A stretch of DNA of 64,000 bases from Glycera tridactyla (taxonomy: Eukaryota). The notes beneath the pieces were generated by a model. The model had not been told where the DNA came from. It did no database searches and saw nothing but the letters and a program-made list of their open reading frames with translations. Positions within the stretch are counted from its first letter, which is position 1, and each line of letters begins with the position of its first letter. The stretch is taken from contig OZ286461.1 in the NCBI GenBank assembly GCA_965644265.1, forward strand, positions 29,822,001-29,886,000, in the 5' to 3' direction. The translations under genes and the position numbers were made by a program. Positions 49,036-61,541 of the stretch are shown in pieces.

Positions 49036-52000
49036 CTGAAATCAAACCAAATCGAATCAAGTAGACCCAATATTACCGTACACACATGTCTATACATTCT
49101 TGTGAGTTTGTGCGTGTATGTGTGTGGGTGTGGGTGTGGGGGGGGGGGGGGCAATGTCTACCCGGGTCGATGGGATTCTGAATGACGGGTTTGTTTACAA
49201 TCGCCACCAGTGACGTCACACTAGGCGCGCGTAACCAGGGAACCGCCTGACCAAAAAGGCATTTGCATGATTCCACGTTGTTGGTTTATTCCTCGAATTC
49301 TATATCATGATGCCCATGTATTGGTGGTGGTAAGAGATCACTCGTCGCCAATCTAGCAGTGACCAAGAGACAGACTACCCATTATAATCTACGAGGTGGT
49401 TACACAATATTTTCAATAGAATCAATGGTACAGATTTGGAATTAGCACATATAAATCCGGATCCTCCACAACATGTACTACATGTACAACAAGTCCTTGT
49501 AGATCAAATGATCAATCATCAAATCAAGTATTTCACCTAGGTTGCCAAATGATGCTTGAAATGGGATCCCACATTCTCAGTTGTTGTAATGGTTCTCACT
49601 GGAAAAGGAAGTAGAAGGCACCTAATGCTCAATCAACCTTGCGGAATTAAAAAAAACCTAAATCATGCATTCTCTATAGCAAACGGTCTTGGTATCAACC
49701 AAACGATGACCTATTTATTTCGTTCTCACGAGTGATAGATTGCTGGTTATCAACGACCAGATTGGTTGACAGTAGGAGTGGTGACCTACCACTTGGGTCG
49801 GTTCATGGTGTATGACCTACGCCAGCTCATGTTGACGGATCGGTGTAGAGCCTGCATCCACCGGTCCCTCTTCTCTGCCGTGCTTGCTGACTACAACAAA
49901 ATAATGAGCAAAGTGGAGATGTAAAGTGAATTCTAGATCAACATCATTCGGCAAGACACTAGCCCGTCATTTTGAATGTCTGTGAATTTCATAAATTTTC
50001 ACCTATGTTGTGGACCCAGAAGGAGGCGTCTTGACTGATCCCATCCATGCTCATCACATGGGCGTCACGATATAGCACAAACGTCGACAAAAACCAACCA
50101 GAGGGCGGAGTCTCGAAGATTCCCATGGCCATTGCATGGACATCTCAATATAGCTCAGATAGTGCTCAGGCCACGTTGAAACGTAGCCTTCACTGAAGAC
50201 GGACCTTACACAAACAAAACCGTGCTGCTTCAATGGTAGGTGCATACAGTTCCTGATTTTGTACAAAAGATCAGGACATTGACTCTCTTCAACTTCGTTG
50301 AGGCGTGGTAGAAACACCAGAAACATCATTCGTTCACTCGTATTATGTTCTAATTGCTGCACATAAAATATCTCATGTTCCCATTCCCGAAATCATATTT
50401 TATTCCCCAACAGTGACTGTTCCGTTTCATGGGAGTGATATTTCCTCTCCCTCGTCGCGCTTATTGATGAATAAAATATCATATATTAATGGGGAAAAAT
50501 TAATTTGAAGCATGACTGGGGATCATCAATTTGATTTTTCGTCTCAAAGAAACACAGTTTAGAGTTTGGGATAATACTTTGTTGATTCAAAATGAAGGTT
50601 CATACTGTGAAAATAGTGAAAAATACGTCGCTCCTCGTCTCTTTGTGGTAATATCTTCCAGCATATGGAAGATATCAAGTATTCGTCTAATTCCCTTTCA
50701 TATATACTAGAATAAGCAGATTGGCTTCTATACACGAAGGAGCTTTTCTCCACTGTCATAATAGGAAATGTTCATATAATTCTATTATTCATCCATTCTA
50801 TCTCCTCATCCATCCCACGGGCATTTCATCGGTGCACATTCGGGATTTAATTCACAAGTTGGGCTGTTGTTGAGGTGTTTTTTCTTTCTCTTTTGGCCGT
50901 CTCGTCAATGTGGATTCGTCATTTCTCGCTACTCCCAATCAATGAAGCATACATCCAGGTACTAGGGAATACATGAATGCACCGTGGACATTTATGGTAT
51001 GGCTAAGAAAATGCACCATAACTAGAAAAAAACTATCTCTGAGAAAGCTTTTTCGTACCAAAGGTCAACGGGATTCGTTAGGAGATTCCGTGACAGTCTT
51101 CGAATTTAGCCACTCTCCCGAATCCCGAGGAGAGTGAATTAGATTTCGGTAGAGTGAAACTACTTAACTCACTCTCCCGATTGGAGAGTATGATTTTTTT
51201 CAGTTGATGGATTCAGTGCGAAGAGAGAACACATCGTTTTCCTTTCGGGAGAGTGTATTTATTTTCAGGAGAGTGATTATTCCGATCTACTCTCCCGATG
51301 GGGGAGAGGCTGAAGAAGTTTTCCGTCAAGACTACCGTGAAGGTATGGGTTGTTCTGCTGAGTTTGGCCTGACACCAGAAGGATTCTAACATGACTTTGA
51401 CCCAGATGTGTATGCTGACACTTGACACCAACCCCGACGCCGATGACGGGACAACAATGATGTCCCGCCTCAAGTTCATCAGGCCAGAGTAAAAAGAGCT
51501 TTGTTGCACACTAGNNNNNNNNNNNNNNNNNNNNNNNNNNNNNNNNNNNNNNNNNNNNNNNNNNNNNNNNNNNNNNNNNNNNNNNNNNNNNNNNNNNNNN
51601 NNNNNNNNNNNNNNNNNNNNNNNNNNNNNNNNNNNNNNNNNNNNNNNNNNNNNNNNNNNNNNNNNNNNNNNNNNNNNNNNNNNNNNNNNNNNNNNNNNNN
51701 NNNNNNNNNNNNNNNNNNNNNNNNNNNNNNNNNNNNNNNNNNNNNNNNNNNNNGTCAGTGTTTGGGATTTTTGGAAGCCATGGGGAAATAAATAAGTGTT
51801 TCTACTGAATATAGAAGTGATATCCGCCTTTGGTCGCATAAAAAACGGTCTTTATGGGTAGGTGGTCTTTATAGAGAGGTCATTTACTGTTGAAAGTACT
51901 ACCACGGTAGCAGCTCAGGTGGTCTTTATAGAGAGGTGGTCTTCAGAGCAGGTTCGACTGTATTTTGATATGTCTAGACAATTTCATGGCTGGGATGTTG

Positions 52001-55000
52001 GCATGAATATCAAGGCTGACAAATGGTATATATTTCATGTCCAACTGTAGTTGGCAATGCAAACTGTGTGGTTTTATGTGGACATAACGACTTGAAGATG
52101 AGGATTTCGACCATGGCTCCTACTTTAATAAATAATCAGTATGAAAGGACCTTTAAAATGAGCTATTGTTCATGTATATACAATGAAGTTGACATTTCCA
52201 CATAAGGGCCGCCGGGCACTGACGGGAGGCCTGTCGTGACCAACTTTTATGTCAAAAAGGCAGCAACTTAAAAAAGATAAAAAAAATTCTAACAAATTTT
52301 TGGGTGCTACTGGACCCAAGCCTCACCCCAATCTAGCTCAGCAAATTGATACGGCAAAAAGTGAAATTCTGAAACACCCTAATGGCCCATCATAATTATG
52401 GTTCGTAACATGAAAATAAGTAGTTTTCTATTAGCACCCGCATCTCCAATCATGGATATCTATTGAATGTTTCATGGTAAAAGATTCGGATGTTTTCTGC
52501 ACGGAAACTTTTATTTGATGTGATTTACCAGAAACCTTCTGGAATCGACCACCACCATATTGATCCACCCCCACAGACAGCAGGTCCGCTAATCACTGTA
52601 GCCATACAAGCGGAACGGGTGGACTGTATAGATTCATGTGAGTGTATGCCAAATGCGATATCAAAGGCCGGCCATGTTTATGGGAGTCTATTCCTGTATG
52701 CACGTAAAAGAACCAATCATCGATGGTAGCATAGATGGTCCACTCCGACAAAATGTGTAGCACGCCAAATCTGGCTCTGCGTGCTAACTCTGGGGTATGC
52801 AATGCAAACTCAATTGAGGAGAGTACATTTTCAGAGACATTCAATTCAAACTTCTCTTCAATATATTTTAATGATGTAACATATTCCATCAAAACGAACT
52901 TCTATAGATTGAAATACTAAGTCCAATTCCATGATAGTCTCAAAATAAATTGTCAAGATATGCATTTAAAAACAACAAACTTCAGGGATTTGGGGGAAAG
53001 TGGGCACTGTTCATGACAAGGACATAAATCCATTAGAAATGACCGCAGGAGGTTCAGATCACCAGGTGATCTTCATCAAGCCACAATGGCACGGAGCTCA
53101 GCCAGTTGGACAACCCCCTCTGCATCACATTGAGACGCACACAACTGAAATCCTGCCAATAATCCAATGAATATCATAAATTGATTCGGCTGATAGAGAG
53201 TCAGCAGCTGTGAACAGGGCTATGAAATCATCAACTGGCCATCTTCCGGCAGTCTCCAACCCAAAATGTTCCGCTTCATCAAGATCAGAGGAATCGCACA
53301 GCATGCTGATAAGATGCAGCCCCTCCCCACGTACCCTTCAACATTTTCTGTAACAAACATCATCTCAAATTTTTCCCAATTTTGTATGGAATCCAGAGAT
53401 CTTTTTTTTTTCTACTAGTGGATAACAAGAGAAACATATTTTCGGACAACTTTATGGGTTGTTTTCTCAGCTAACAGCGGCACAGAATTGTCCATCTGGC
53501 TTCATGTCTCTCATCATGCACCCCTCCTGTACAAAGTCAATGGGGCTCTTGGCGTGTTAGCACGCGGAGCTGTCTTTGAGGGTGTACTATGGGAAGTATA
53601 GGGAGTGGACCATCTATGCTACCATCTATGAACCAATGCTGTCCTCCACAAAGAGTAGGGATTGCCCCCGGCAGCAGTGCAGGTCTTCTTCAGCATTTTC
53701 GGTTCCATGTCTGATATAACCCAAGGAGATTGAAAAGACCTCAAACTCTTATTAAACAAACAGGCTGTATAGATTCACCCACCATATGCTGGACCGATTT
53801 ACAATGTATGGCTGATAATAGCACGGGTATGCTTTAAAATTGCATTAAACTTGAGTGTCACAGTGGTACCGATACACAAAATGAGCATAGGTTCCAGTAA
53901 TACTCTCAAGGACACAAATACTCATTATGATGCTGCGACTGTTTTTCCTTTGGAATTCAGCTTTCATGGCAAAGATTTGCTCACTTTTGAAACCACAATG
54001 CGATGACCCTAATAAAGATAAGGTCGGTTAGGGTCAACGATTACTTTGCAAGTGTGAGTTTTCTTTCCTGGTATGTTAGACAAGAAACGTCGTGGAACAT
54101 GAATTTTTTTTAACAGTCAGAAATTGAGTATAGAAAGAGTACATGATTCGGTTTGACGGATGCGATTCGGGATGTGATCGATGCGCGACTACCACGACAT
54201 CTGTTGGACACTCAACACATACATGTTTCTGTTGACTACCACTAGGTGTCACTTACCAAGACGTGTGCCCGATGATCCATGATGATCTCGAAGGAGAAGC
54301 CCGAGGTGGAGGAGACACAATGTCGGACTGCATGTGCAAGAGCCATGTCGATCAGACCGCGAGGTTTGGTAAACTGCAATGAGAAATAATGAGAATGCAT
54401 ATTCTGACACGACCGCTATGTACGTTTATCCCTTATAGCAGGACGTACAAATAGCTCAAACTATTTAGATAGAAAACACCATCACGCGAACAATCATCAT
54501 CGTGGTTTCGATGATGCGAACGTTACATTGTTTCGTTTTTTGAGGTACAGTATATTTTCCACCTTAGTGGCTATATCAATAACACTCTCCCCTAATATAT
54601 GATATCTGAGACATTGACTTAGTGAGATGTTGTATTGGGAAAACAGAAGGCCTGTAATAGAATTTCAGAAGAAGTGACCCACTTTCCTACCATTTCCGAG
54701 TTGCACGTGATTCTATTATGTGTGCACTGTTCGGGTGATGATGGTGTTGAGGGTTCTGTAACTCCCATGTGGACCCTTTCCACGGACAGGGATACATACC
54801 GACAAACACACAGACAGGCAGGGAGACCGACAGACTGACGGGTGGATGGATGGACGAACAAATGGATGGATGGGTGGACAAACTGACTGACTGACGAATG
54901 GACAGAAGAACGGTTGGATGGACGGACCGACCAACAGACGGACGGACGGACGGGACCAGACCAAACCAAATCAAACCAAAAAATCAAACCAAATCAACCC

Positions 55001-56528
55001 AAACCAGGAGATTCCTCAGTATCCTCCGATGATCACCATTTGGTCAAGTCTCAAGGTTGAAAATACAACTACTGGTGTCGATTCTACACATATTTCTTCT
55101 CCGCTCATAAGGATAGCCCTCAGTCAATGACAAATAACAGACACCTGAACGCTTCCAATCGTCTTAAACGGGACACATTGTGCCAAAACCACACTTCCGT
55201 CAATCCGTACTGCGTTGGGATCTATCATATTGCTTCAAAATCAACCTCAACGCTTGTGTATGGTGCATTTTGTGGGGGCAGTTATGACACTCCCTGGAAG
55301 GACATTAACGGGAGTTGTGCTCACTCATTTCCCATCACAATGCCTCCTCGAATCCAGGTGCGAGCGCCAAGCGTGCCTCTAAAGGCCTGGGAACATATCT
55401 GTCTCACATTCACGCGAACTCATCAAAATCCTCACAAATATAACTCTCGAGTGGATCGTGATGGTACGAGGGCAACATCCCCGGAAGCGACGTGGTGGGG
55501 TGATCATTTCGTGACCATCTTTAGGTGCCTTCTACGGAGACTGAACAAAGACTGAACACTGTCCATTGAGGCGGTTAAAGAAAGAAAACCCTGGACCTGT
55601 TTCAATAAAAGAGCACCCGCGGTCCAAATGACAGAGGTGCTCTCAATTTCCCTGGATTTCATGGAAACTATGGCAACCGTAGCATCCTCGTCACTTTGAG
55701 TTTCACGAAAAGAGATAACCTTCCGAACCTAGGCCTCAAGTGATCCGAGAAAAATCTGTGATAATAATGGTAGTAAGAGAGAGAGGTAGAGAGAGAGAGG
55801 TAGAAAATGAAATGAAATGAAATGTTGAGGTTTTAGGTCCACTTTCTGCACTTGAGTAGGCTAAATCAGACCACCTGCCGAGGAGGAGCGAAGATGAAGG
55901 GTGAAACATTCCTGTATGGTAGGACCGGGGATTGAACCCCAGACCCATTGCATGCAGGCCCAGTATGCTACCACTGAGCCACCAAGGCAGGCTAGGGAGN
56001 NNNNNNNNNNNNNNNNNNNNNNNNNNNNNNNNNNNNNNNNNNNNNNNNNNNNNNNNNNNNNNNNNNNNNNNNNNNNNNNNNNNNNNNNNNNNNNNNNNNN
56101 NNNNNNNNNNNNNNNNNNNNNNNNNNNNNNNNNNNNNNNNNNNNNNNNNNNNNNNNNNNNNNNNNNNNNNNNNNNACGGGGCCAGGATGTTGATATCTTT
56201 CATATACCCACCCACATTTCCATAGCAACCGTTTCTGGCAATGTCATGACCTGCAAGCCCTTGAATTGACTCTCCCTATATGCATATGAGATAATTGGCT
56301 CATCTCATCGTCCCAAGCTCACCCACAAAAACAACCGAATAAACAGAGAAAAACCTCGACCGTGGCACATCAGTATGCAGAGACACAAGCGCCTACCTTT
56401 TTATCCTTGTAGTAAGTGAGTTGATCTCCGTCCAACCAGAACCAGTATTTTCTCCACGACCAGGTCTTGAGTCGGCGCTGTTTACTCAGGCAGCCGTGTT
56501 CCGGCGCGATCTGTGCGTGACTCGCCAT
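48498..56528 (-). CDS. PH-domain protein with acidic/disordered C-terminal tail, 295 aa; complement join 56528-56397,54373-54257,49890-49790,49035-48498
   Basis: GT-AG introns, phases 0/0/2, 888 nt total; PH signature GCLSKQ...WRKYWFWLDGDQLTYYKD...PRGLIDM...FSFEII...HVLSASTAEKRDRWMQAL. The frame upstream of the ATG is open to the acceptor, so the N-terminus could be longer. Confidence 0.87.
49790..49890 (-). CDS. PH gene exon 3 (C-terminal helix)
   Basis: TTTTGTTGTAG|SASTAEKRDRWMQALHRSVNMSWRRSYTMNRPK|GTAGGT, phase 2. Confidence 0.88.
51094..51334. mobile_element. hAT6-like family E copy, 6-bp TSD CCGTGA
   Basis: CAGTCTTCGAATTTAGCC...TCAAGACTA flanked by CCGTGA at 51088-93 and 51335-40. Confidence 0.82.
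51846..51960. mobile_element. MITE family C (partial)
   Basis: ...AGAGAGGTGGTC...CAGGTTCGACTG-TA. Confidence 0.8.
52718..53630 (-). mobile_element. Non-autonomous P-superfamily element with a THAP relic, inserted in a SINE
   Basis: 29-bp TIR CAT(A/C)GATGGTAGCATAGATGGTCCACTCC; 7-bp TSD AACCAAT; - strand from 53505 reads MKPDGQFCAAVS*ENNP*SCPKICFSCYP (THAP N-terminus-like). Confidence 0.85.
54257..54373 (-). CDS. PH gene exon 2 (beta4-beta7)
   Basis: TTGCAG|FTKPRGLIDMALAHAVRHCVSSTSGFSFEIIMDHRAHVL|GTAAGT. Confidence 0.9.
55805..55988 (-). mobile_element. tRNA(Ala)-like SINE with (TTTCA)n tail
   Basis: GCCTTGGTGGCTCAGTGGTAGCAT...TGCATGCA...GGGGTTCAATCCCCGG carries A and B boxes; unpaired acceptor stem; followed by body and simple-repeat tail. 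Confidence 0.7.
56397..56528 (-). CDS. PH gene exon 1 (beta1-beta3)
   Basis: MASHAQIAPEHGCLSKQRRLKTWSWRKYWFWLDGDQLTYYKDKK; donor AAG|GTAGGC. Confidence 0.88.
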
Positions 56529-56613
56529 AACCCCTGCCTTCCGAACACAACACCTGTCTACAACTGAAAGAACTCCCGAAAATCAGTGCCAGAAATCAGT
56601 CGTTTAAAAAAGT

Positions 56614-56795
56614 TTTTTTTTAAGGTTTAACGGCATGTATTACCCCGGGGTTCCATATGCCATGTGTTCCTGGACAATGAAAGCTAGATGTTTTCTCCCC
56701 TGTAGACGTCACTGTCACAAACCCTGAACACGAGATGATGGGGAACCTGAAAGGTTGTCAAGTGGAAGTAGCTGACAGATCAGACGCCTCTAACT
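56614..56795 (-). mobile_element. Retroposon family A copy (5'-truncated)
   Basis: AGGTTTAACGGCATG...GGGGAACCTGAAAGGTTGTCAAGTGGAAGTAGCTGAC. Confidence 0.85.
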
Positions 56796-57527
56796 ACACA
56801 GGATGAACCCAATGAGTAGAAATCAGTAAAATATCTGGACCTTGAAGAAAAACTTCTGTTTGGAACTAGGAAATATTGTTAAAAGTGTTCTAAGATATCT
56901 CTGGTTGTCATCCTTTGAACTGTGAGTATTGATCATTCATGAGTAAAATCTTCGACTCCACCAGAGCAGTCGCGTGATGAGGTAATCTAGTGGAAATTTC
57001 AGCCATGAAGTTTCCATCTTACTTTACTAGCAAGCGTAATCTGAATTATGCTGTAATTTACCAGAATTTGAACTATTGTAACTCGAAAAAATACGGTGTT
57101 AAATAGATGATTCTAATCTGACCTCACCTTGCTCGATTGTATTCCATCCTATCTTACCTTATAGGCTGAAAATAATGCGAGGAGGGACTGACTCCGTACA
57201 GATATCTCAATTGTCTGGGGTCATATTCATGTAAGGATTATGAAATGCATACTGACTACACTGAATCGGGTTCAATATCATTATGCAGTGATGGATGGAG
57301 CTCCTGATCATAAGTGTGACTAGTTGGATACGATTGACAATTCAACACCAGTGCTGTATCAATTCCCCTCCCAGATCACCAGGGGGAGGTGACAATTTGT
57401 GAAATTCATAGACACCCAACGTGTCACTTTGGATCAATTAATCAATCAAAGAACCTTCTCGCCCTATTGGAGTTAACCTTCAGTACGCTGTCACTCTGCG
57501 CGCCCCCACTCTGGATGGGCTAGCCCC

Positions 57528-57630
57528 ATCATCTTGCGTACAGAGTTCGTGAGAGTGATGATGCAGGGGAGAGAACATCTATCTTTCATTAACCAGGAAC
57601 ACATGGCATGCCGTTAAACCTCAAACAAAC
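57528..57630 (+). mobile_element. Retroposon family A 3' fragment
   Basis: GCAGGGGAGAGAACATCTA...CCAGGAACACATGGCATGCCGTTAAACCTCAAACAAAC. Confidence 0.75.
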
Positions 57631-58599
57631 TATGGATGGGTTCTAGTCTTCAGGCATCGCGTTGAATGCTCAGCGTCCGTCCGTCCGTCCGTCCGTCCAT
57701 CTGTCCGTCTGTCCACCTCCGCCAGTGATTAACCCTTGAATGTATCTATAATTCATATCCACCAGTAGCTGAATGAGCCAATCTCATCTCGCACTTCAAA
57801 ATATTAAAGTGGGTGAAGGAAGGTCACTCGTGATAATTTTTTAATTTTTCTGTGAGATGGTCTGGCCGATGTAGCGGTAAATGAACGAACATGCATAGTT
57901 CGCAAGTTGTTTGTACTGATGGCGTATAGGAGTGTTCTGTCAAAATCTTAGTCTCTGACTATTTAATGCTGCTGACGCCTGAATGTTGATATAGGCCCAT
58001 CCTAGGGTGGCTACAGAAGTTGGAGATTGACTACTTCGCCCACATATAGCATTTGATGGGGGCTACTCAAATGCAATTCTCGAAACAGCATATCTGACAT
58101 ATTGAACATAAGTGGATCCGACTTTGCTGGCTGAAATCGGATTTCCAAACATCTTCGATATCCCTGGCATATATAACATTGATATTTCTTCAAGAAGTGG
58201 GAGTTAAAGTGGGTTGAATATCTCATGGTTTCTGGTTTTCATTGCGTTGCACTCTGGACTTCTAGTTGGTCCCGCAGGCACAAATTAAGCCATTCGACAA
58301 GCCCGGGGGAGTCAGATCCCTAAAATATGGATCCTTGCTACAGGTGATTCTTAGCTGATCTTGGTTTGTTGGTTTTTCGTCCTGTGCGCTTCTTAGGAGG
58401 CACCTCTGCATGGTGATGGTGGAACCTATGTACTCCATCGCCCCACTTCACCCAGGCGGGATTGTAGAGGACTTAGCCCATGCACTTAATAGTATTTTTC
58501 TTTTGTAAAAAGGCTCGAGCTTGAGCAGGCCTGTCAAGGAATGTAATTGTTAAGTCTGGTGAACTTGCTAAGGACCAGAGGTCACAGGATCAGAAATCA

Positions 58600-59015
58600 A
58601 TGTTTATGAACACCTACTCGTCATGGGTAGTCCGCGGGACCGTAACAATTATCTCAAGTTCGAAGTCATATCTCCAAAGTCAAAGGTCACAGGAGTAAAA
58701 TCCATGCATATGCACACCTACATCTCATGGGCAGTCCACAGGTACAGATTGGCCACTGTGACATTGACACGTTGGACACAGCAGTGTTCACAAGGATTCA
58801 ACATCAAGGTCATATCTTCAAGATCGAAGGTCAGAGGTCCAGAACGGCCATGCACACCCACAACTTATGGGCATGTTGTAACACCAATACCTTGGCCACA
58901 GCTGCATACCCTGAGATTTGTGGTGGATGAACGGACGAACAGACAGACAGGCGGACAGACAGACAGACACCGTGAATACCCTAGGACAGCCGCGTTTTCA
59001 CATGAGGCCCTAATC
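58600..59015 (-). mobile_element. Probable HINE-like repeat (reverse orientation)
   Basis: AAGGTCA-rich internal units followed by (GACA/GACG)n and a short terminal segment; a similar terminus at 60570-60930. Confidence 0.4.
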
Positions 59016-60569
59016 AATCGACAATTGGGATGAATTGCTGTTGGGTGGACTGGTGGATAGGAGAGTGGTCTGCTATTCGATCAAACAAATAAGCTATATC
59101 CAGATGTAGACTTCCAGTCATCCTACTATAGCATATGAGATGGGGAAGGCTGGGCAGATTGGTGAGTGAATTAGTGCATAGATGGGTGGGGCACCGAGAT
59201 CCAAACAAATACGAATTTTTAAACTAATTTTTTGACCTCAACATTTGTGAATGGCGATGTTCGCCCAACTCTGCTGATGTGACACTAGATCCAATCTCCC
59301 ACTAATACGTAACGCAGGCCAACAAGTCCGAAGCCATTAGGTAATGAAAGTCCGCCATGGTTGCATAAAACCGACCACCATAGCTAATATTATTATGTAC
59401 CCCACGCAATTTACAATTCAGATTCAGTCTTATGCGACCATCATCAATATTATTGCTGCCAGGACATGTTTACCACCCAGTTGCCAACGGGTCGATGCAG
59501 TATAGTGAAGAAAAAAAAAACGTCGCAGAACAATGTATGTACAATTCGCACACCTAACCATACCGGCAGTCTCTGAATAATTATACTGATTTCATGCTGC
59601 AAGTTCCTGGCTTAATTCAACCCAATTCATCTCAATATCTACTCAACACTGCCACTGCATTTGAATACAATCTTCTGAAACCTCAACATATATCCATCCT
59701 TCAGCCCAGTCCCGGAGAATCTTTGATTTTGTGATTTTTTCCTGGATAGTTCCGCTGTCAGCTTAAGGCCGTGTGTATGTCATGCAAATGAGACCCCATG
59801 AACAGATCTTTTCTCACTACCCGACATCANNNNNNNNNNNNNNNNNNNNNNNNNNNNNNNNNNNNNNNNNNNNNNNNNNNNNNNNNNNNNNNNNNNNNNN
59901 NNNNNNNNNNNNNNNNNNNNNNNNNNNNNNNNNNNNNNNNNNNNNNNNNNNNNNNNNNNNNNNNNNNNNNNNNNNNNNNNNNNNNNNNNNNNNNNNNNNN
60001 NNNNNNNNNNNNNNNNNNNNNNNNNNNNNNNNNNNNNNNNNNNNNNNNNNNNNNNNNNNNNNNNNNNNNNNNNNNNNNNNNNNNNNNNNNNNNNNNNNNN
60101 NNNNNNNNNNNNNNNNNNNNNNNNNNNNNNNNNNNNNNNNNNNNNNNNNNNNNNNNNNNNNNNNNNNNNNNNNNNNNNNNNNNNNNNNNNNNNNNNNNNN
60201 NNNNNNNNNNNNNNNNNNNNNNNNNNNNNNNNNNNNNNNNNNNNNNNNNNTGCTACTACTGCTACTGCTACCACTGCTACTGCTACTACTGCTACTGATG
60301 CTACTGCTGCTGCTGCTGCTGCTGCTGCTTACAGGATGATGCTAGTTGAAGAATGCTACAATGTTATCGACTCATGAGAATGTGTCAGAATTATTCATGT
60401 GTTTGACAGGCCAGGGCACTGCCTACGTCGATATATATTGGACCAAGATTTCGTGCCAGGATGCTGCAAAGTACCAAGCAAATGTCCTGGTCTATATTGG
60501 ATGCGGTTCTTATTCCTTTTGTCGACATACCCTTGTAAAGCACTCAGCTATCGAGGGGCTCACGATATG

Positions 60570-60845
60570 ACAGACAGACAGACAGACAGACAGACAGATA
60601 GGAGGGCGGAAGGGCATATTTATGGACGGGAAGATGAATGGACAGACAGACAGAAAGACAGACAGACAGACAGACAAATAGGAGGGCGGAAGGGCATGAT
60701 TATGGACGGAAAGATGAATGGACAGACAGACTGACAGACAGACAAACAGACAGACGGACGGACGGACGGACGGACGGACGGACGGACGGACGGACGGACG
60801 GACGGACGGACGGACGGACGGACGGACGGACGGACGGACGGACAG
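60570..60845. repeat. (GACA)n/(GACG)n microsatellite with a duplicated AGGAGGGCGGAAGGGCAT block
   Basis: Direct reading of the sequence. Confidence 0.95.
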
Positions 60846-61541
60846 AGAAAAGAACTCTTAGGGAACTCATTCAAAAGAACATGATGTAGTAACACAGACA
60901 TCTCAGGGAAAGCGATAGCGCTTTCTTCAACTCACCATATGCATTAGATCCAATTACAGGACGGTTATCCCCAATCCTCTGTAGCTGGGTCCAGTGCTAG
61001 GCCAAGGTCGACGCCATCCAACATCGCGTACCCTGCGACTTTCTGATTAAAGATGCTCCTACATTCTCATGACAAACATATGTGTAGCTAGATCAAATAT
61101 ACCCGACTTGTCCCACTTCTACAAGTATGTGTGTGGACCCGTCCACTCATGCCATATACGGGTCAGTGTCAAGACGACCTACTGAGGGGGGGGGGGGGCG
61201 ATTGTTATGGACAGTCACGGATCAGCGAGCACCTAGGCAAAGCTATATAATTGGCGAGAGTGCTCTACAAAGCGATCAGTTGAGCTCGCTTCATCAGCTA
61301 TTACGCTGACTAAATTTAGCACAGTCACACACAAGCTATGACTCAAGAATGAATAAGTACGTGGTAGCTTCAACGTCAACTTTAACGTTATACTATCCGG
61401 GACACAACGATATGGAAGCGGGCGTGTGCGCATGCGAGAAGCAGAAACTGAAGTATGTGAAGATCGTAACGTTACGTGTCGCGGGTACGTTCGTCTTCAC
61501 ACTGGCATCGCGAATCTGCAGCGGATCAATTCCAAACTCAT

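Noticed and set aside
55915-55988. Functional tRNA-Ala gene
   Set aside because: Acceptor and anticodon stems do not pair, and it continues into a SINE body and tail.
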